From the NCBI GenBank assembly GCA_046583095.1, contig JAYGDB010000116.1, positions 373 to 64,372 on the forward strand: 64,000 nucleotides of DNA, written 5' to 3'. The stretch is from Myxococcota bacterium. Lineage in GTDB: Bacteria > Myxococcota_A > UBA9160 > UBA4427. Both the position numbers and the translations under genes were made by a program. Shown in pieces: positions 61,935 to 64,000 of this stretch. Every line of letters begins with the position of its first letter. Position 1 is the first letter of the stretch. A model generated the notes under the pieces. The model saw only the letters and a list, made by a program, of their open reading frames with translations. It was not told the DNA's origin and did not search any database.

Positions 61935-63301
61935 GCAAGCAGCGCCGGAACGACGGGAACGCAAAAGGGAAACGGACTAAGCGCGCGCGGGGTGCCCCCG
62001 CGGGTAGGAGCAAAGTGCCGAAGCGCAGCAAGAAGAGCAGCGAGCAACCGAAGGCCAAGAGCCGGCGGAGTCTCGGCTTACTCGATCTTGGGCCGGAAGA
62101 CGGCCAGGATCTGCTCGAGTTCGACGGATCCTCACATCAGGCCGCGAAGATCAAGGTAGTCGGCGTCGGCGGCGGCGGAGGCAACGCCCTCAACACGATG
62201 ATCGACTCGACGCTCGCGGGCGTCGAGTTCATCGCCGCGAATACCGACGCCCAGGCGCTCAAGTTCAATCGGGCGCCCGTCAAGGTCCAGTTGGGCGCCG
62301 AGGTGACCCGCGGGCTGGGCTGCGGCGCGAACCCCGACCGGGGACGGGCATCGGCTCTCGAGGCGCGGGATCGCCTGCGCGAGCAGCTCGAGGGCTCGGA
62401 CATGGTGTTCGTGACCGCGGGCATGGGCGGTGGGACCGGGACCGGCGCGGCTCCGATCATCGCCGAAGTCGCCCGCGAGATCGGCGCGCTGACCGTGGCT
62501 GTCGTCACCAAACCCTTCACCTTCGAGGGCAAGGTGCGTGCCCAGCATAGCGAGCGCGGGATCGACGAGTTGCACGAGACCGTCGACACGCTGATCACCA
62601 TCCCGAACCAGCGACTGCTCGCACTCGCCGGCCAGGGAACGGGCATGCAGGACGCCTTCAAGTTGGCGGACGACGTCCTGCTCAACGCAGTCCGGGGCAT
62701 CTCGGATCTCATCACCGTGCATGGCCTCATCAATCTCGACTTCGCCGATGTCCGGACGGTCATGAACGACTCCGGCGTGGCGCTGATGGGGAGTGGCGTT
62801 GCCTCGGGTGACACCGGCGCGGCAGACGCTGCCGCGGCTGCGATCTCGAGCCCGCTGCTCGAGGACCTGTCGATCGAAGGGGCACGTGGTGTGCTGATCA
62901 ACGTCACGGGCGGCAATGACATGACGCTGTTCCAGGTGAACGAAGCGTCGGTGCTGATCCAGGAGGCCGCGCACGAGGATGCGAATATCATCTTCGGCGC
63001 GGTCATCGACGAGGACATGCCCGAAGGCGAGATGCGCGTGACCGTGATCGCCACCGGCCTCGACAACGACCGGCGGCGCCGGATACCGCTCCCGCACGGC
63101 CTGGACCGCACCCAGGTCGAGATCGAGCGGGCAACGCACAGGCAGGCAGTCCCGGTTCACACCCAGCAGGCGCCGGGGGCAGCCGGTGCGGCCACGATGT
63201 CCGACAGCGACGGCGCCCAGGCGGGGACCGACTTCGCGTCGCCGTTCGAGGATGAGTTCGACACGCCGGCCTTCTTGCGGCGGCGCGCCACGGAGAACTA
63301 G
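61931..63301 (+). CDS. ftsZ: Tubulin-like division GTPase FtsZ with a roughly 55-70-aa K/R-rich N-terminal extension
   Basis: '[15 protein letters not shown]', '[10 protein letters not shown]' and the C-terminal peptide 'DTPAFLRRR'. SD GGGAG at 61919-61923. There is no in-frame ATG/GTG/TTG between the start and the globular core. Confidence 0.95.
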   Translation: MSKQRRNDGNAKGKRTKRARGAPAGRSKVPKRSKKSSEQPKAKSRRSLGLLDLGPEDGQDLLEFDGSSHQAAKIKVVGVGGGGGNALNTMIDSTLAGVEFIAANTDAQALKFNRAPVKVQLGAEVTRGLGCGANPDRGRASALEARDRLREQLEGSDMVFVTAGMGGGTGTGAAPIIAEVAREIGALTVAVVTKPFTFEGKVRAQHSERGIDELHETVDTLITIPNQRLLALAGQGTGMQDAFKLADDVLLNAVRGISDLITVHGLINLDFADVRTVMNDSGVALMGSGVASGDTGAADAAAAAISSPLLEDLSIEGARGVLINVTGGNDMTLFQVNEASVLIQEAAHEDANIIFGAVIDEDMPEGEMRVTVIATGLDNDRRRRIPLPHGLDRTQVEIERATHRQAVPVHTQQAPGAAGAATMSDSDGAQAGTDFASPFEDEFDTPAFLRRRATEN

Positions 63302-63408
63302 CTCGACCGCGAGCGAGTGGGATCGGTCATCGGCAGGCGCGGACGACGGCAAGGCAAGATCCGACAGGCGTTGGGCAGCCCGAGAGGTTACGCTCGCGCG
63401 TCGTATCC

Positions 63409-64000
63409 GTGGCCGAGCTGATCCAGATCTCCCGTGACGGCGACATCGTCACCCTCACGTTCAACCAGCCCGATCGGCTGAATGCCATGACCCAGGCGAT
63501 GGGTGAAGCGTTTGCCGACGCGGTCGGCCGGCTTCGACCGGACGGATCGATCCGTGCCGTGATCCTCACGGGCGCCGGTCGCGCTTTCTCAGCCGGGGGC
63601 GATCTGGGAATGATCACCGACCACGCGGTCTCGGGACGCGCAGCCCCGGGCATCGCGAGGCGGGAGATCCGCGACAGCATGCGCTCCTTCTACAAGCTAT
63701 TCCTCTCGGTCCGGGAACTGCCGTGTCCGACCCTCGCGGCCATCAACGGCCACGCCATCGGCGCGGGGTTCTGCGTGGCTCTTGCGTGTGACATGCGCAT
63801 CATCGCGGACCGCGCGAAGGTGGGCCTCAACTTCACGAAGCTCGGGTTGCATCCCGGGATGGGCGCCACCTGGACCCTGCCGCGGCTCGTGGGGCCGGCG
63901 GTGGCCGCCGAACTCCTCTACTCGAGCCGGCTGGTGGACGGTGAGGAGGCGCTGCGGCTCGGCCTCGCGAACCGCTGCCTCGCGACCGAAGAAGTCGTGC
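63409..64000 (+). CDS. Enoyl-CoA hydratase/isomerase-family protein (3' end outside the window)
   Basis: GTG at 63409. 'LTGAGRAFSAGGDL', 'AAINGHAIGAGFCVALACD' and 'GLHPGMGATW'. Absent from the ORF track because there is no stop before the window end. Confidence 0.88.
   Translation, partial: MAELIQISRDGDIVTLTFNQPDRLNAMTQAMGEAFADAVGRLRPDGSIRAVILTGAGRAFSAGGDLGMITDHAVSGRAAPGIARREIRDSMRSFYKLFLSVRELPCPTLAAINGHAIGAGFCVALACDMRIIADRAKVGLNFTKLGLHPGMGATWTLPRLVGPAVAAELLYSSRLVDGEEALRLGLANRCLATEEVV

Noticed and set aside
1-64000. Search for CRISPR arrays, mobile elements, prophage or defence-island signatures, rRNA/tRNA genes and long (>30 bp) dispersed repeats.
   Set aside because: I saw no regularly spaced repeats, no transposase/integrase/recombinase/RT-like ORFs, no tRNA cloverleaf candidates that pass inspection and no rRNA-like stretches. 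The only tandem repeats are the short in-frame ones listed as features. A by-eye search cannot exclude short or diverged elements.

Overview
High-GC (about two-thirds G+C by eye), densely coding bacterial chromosomal segment. Nearly every gene junction is tight, and many are 1-4 nt start/stop overlaps (ATGA, GTGA, TTGA, TGATG). I saw no rRNA, tRNA, CRISPR array, transposase, integrase or phage gene, so this is core chromosome rather than an island. The gene content suggests an uncultured Deltaproteobacteria/Myxococcota-like diderm: a Cys-type CcmE with ccmEF-ABCD order, an MJ0042 zinc-finger protein, PlsB, and very basic tails on division proteins. That taxonomic call is inference only.

Layout, left to right:
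- MBOAT O-acyltransferase pair and engB.
- A cytochrome c maturation (System I variant) cluster, ccmE-ccmF-X-ccmA-B-C-D.
- An unassigned ~420-nt structured non-coding block followed by a zinc-ribbon protein.
- Nudix, hisG, hisI, plsB, an SDR, a GNAT and a free-standing biotinyl-domain protein.
- ffh, an MltD-like lytic transglycosylase, a phosphatase, rlmN, trmB and sppA.
- A VWA/AAA+ pair and a 2-phosphoglycerate-kinase-like protein.
- A four-gene module: MerR, ParA fused to a CBM48-like domain, a degenerate MinD/FlhG, and an unknown protein.
- An ECF sigma factor with an alpha/beta hydrolase, a phosphomannomutase and tatA.
- A PhaR-like gene.
- An envelope lipid/glycan cluster and an HDAC.
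- A complete dcw cluster from mraZ to ftsZ that lacks murG and ddl, then an enoyl-CoA hydratase truncated by the window edge.

The most unusual items:
- The ParA::CBM48 module, a candidate undescribed cargo-positioning system.
- The Cys/Phe-type CcmE, with an orphan gene embedded in the ccm operon.
- The structured non-coding block.
- A 19-codon micro-ORF coupled to ftsZ.
- A roughly 55-70-aa K/R-rich N-terminal extension on FtsZ.

All functional calls come from motif recognition by eye. No database search was run.
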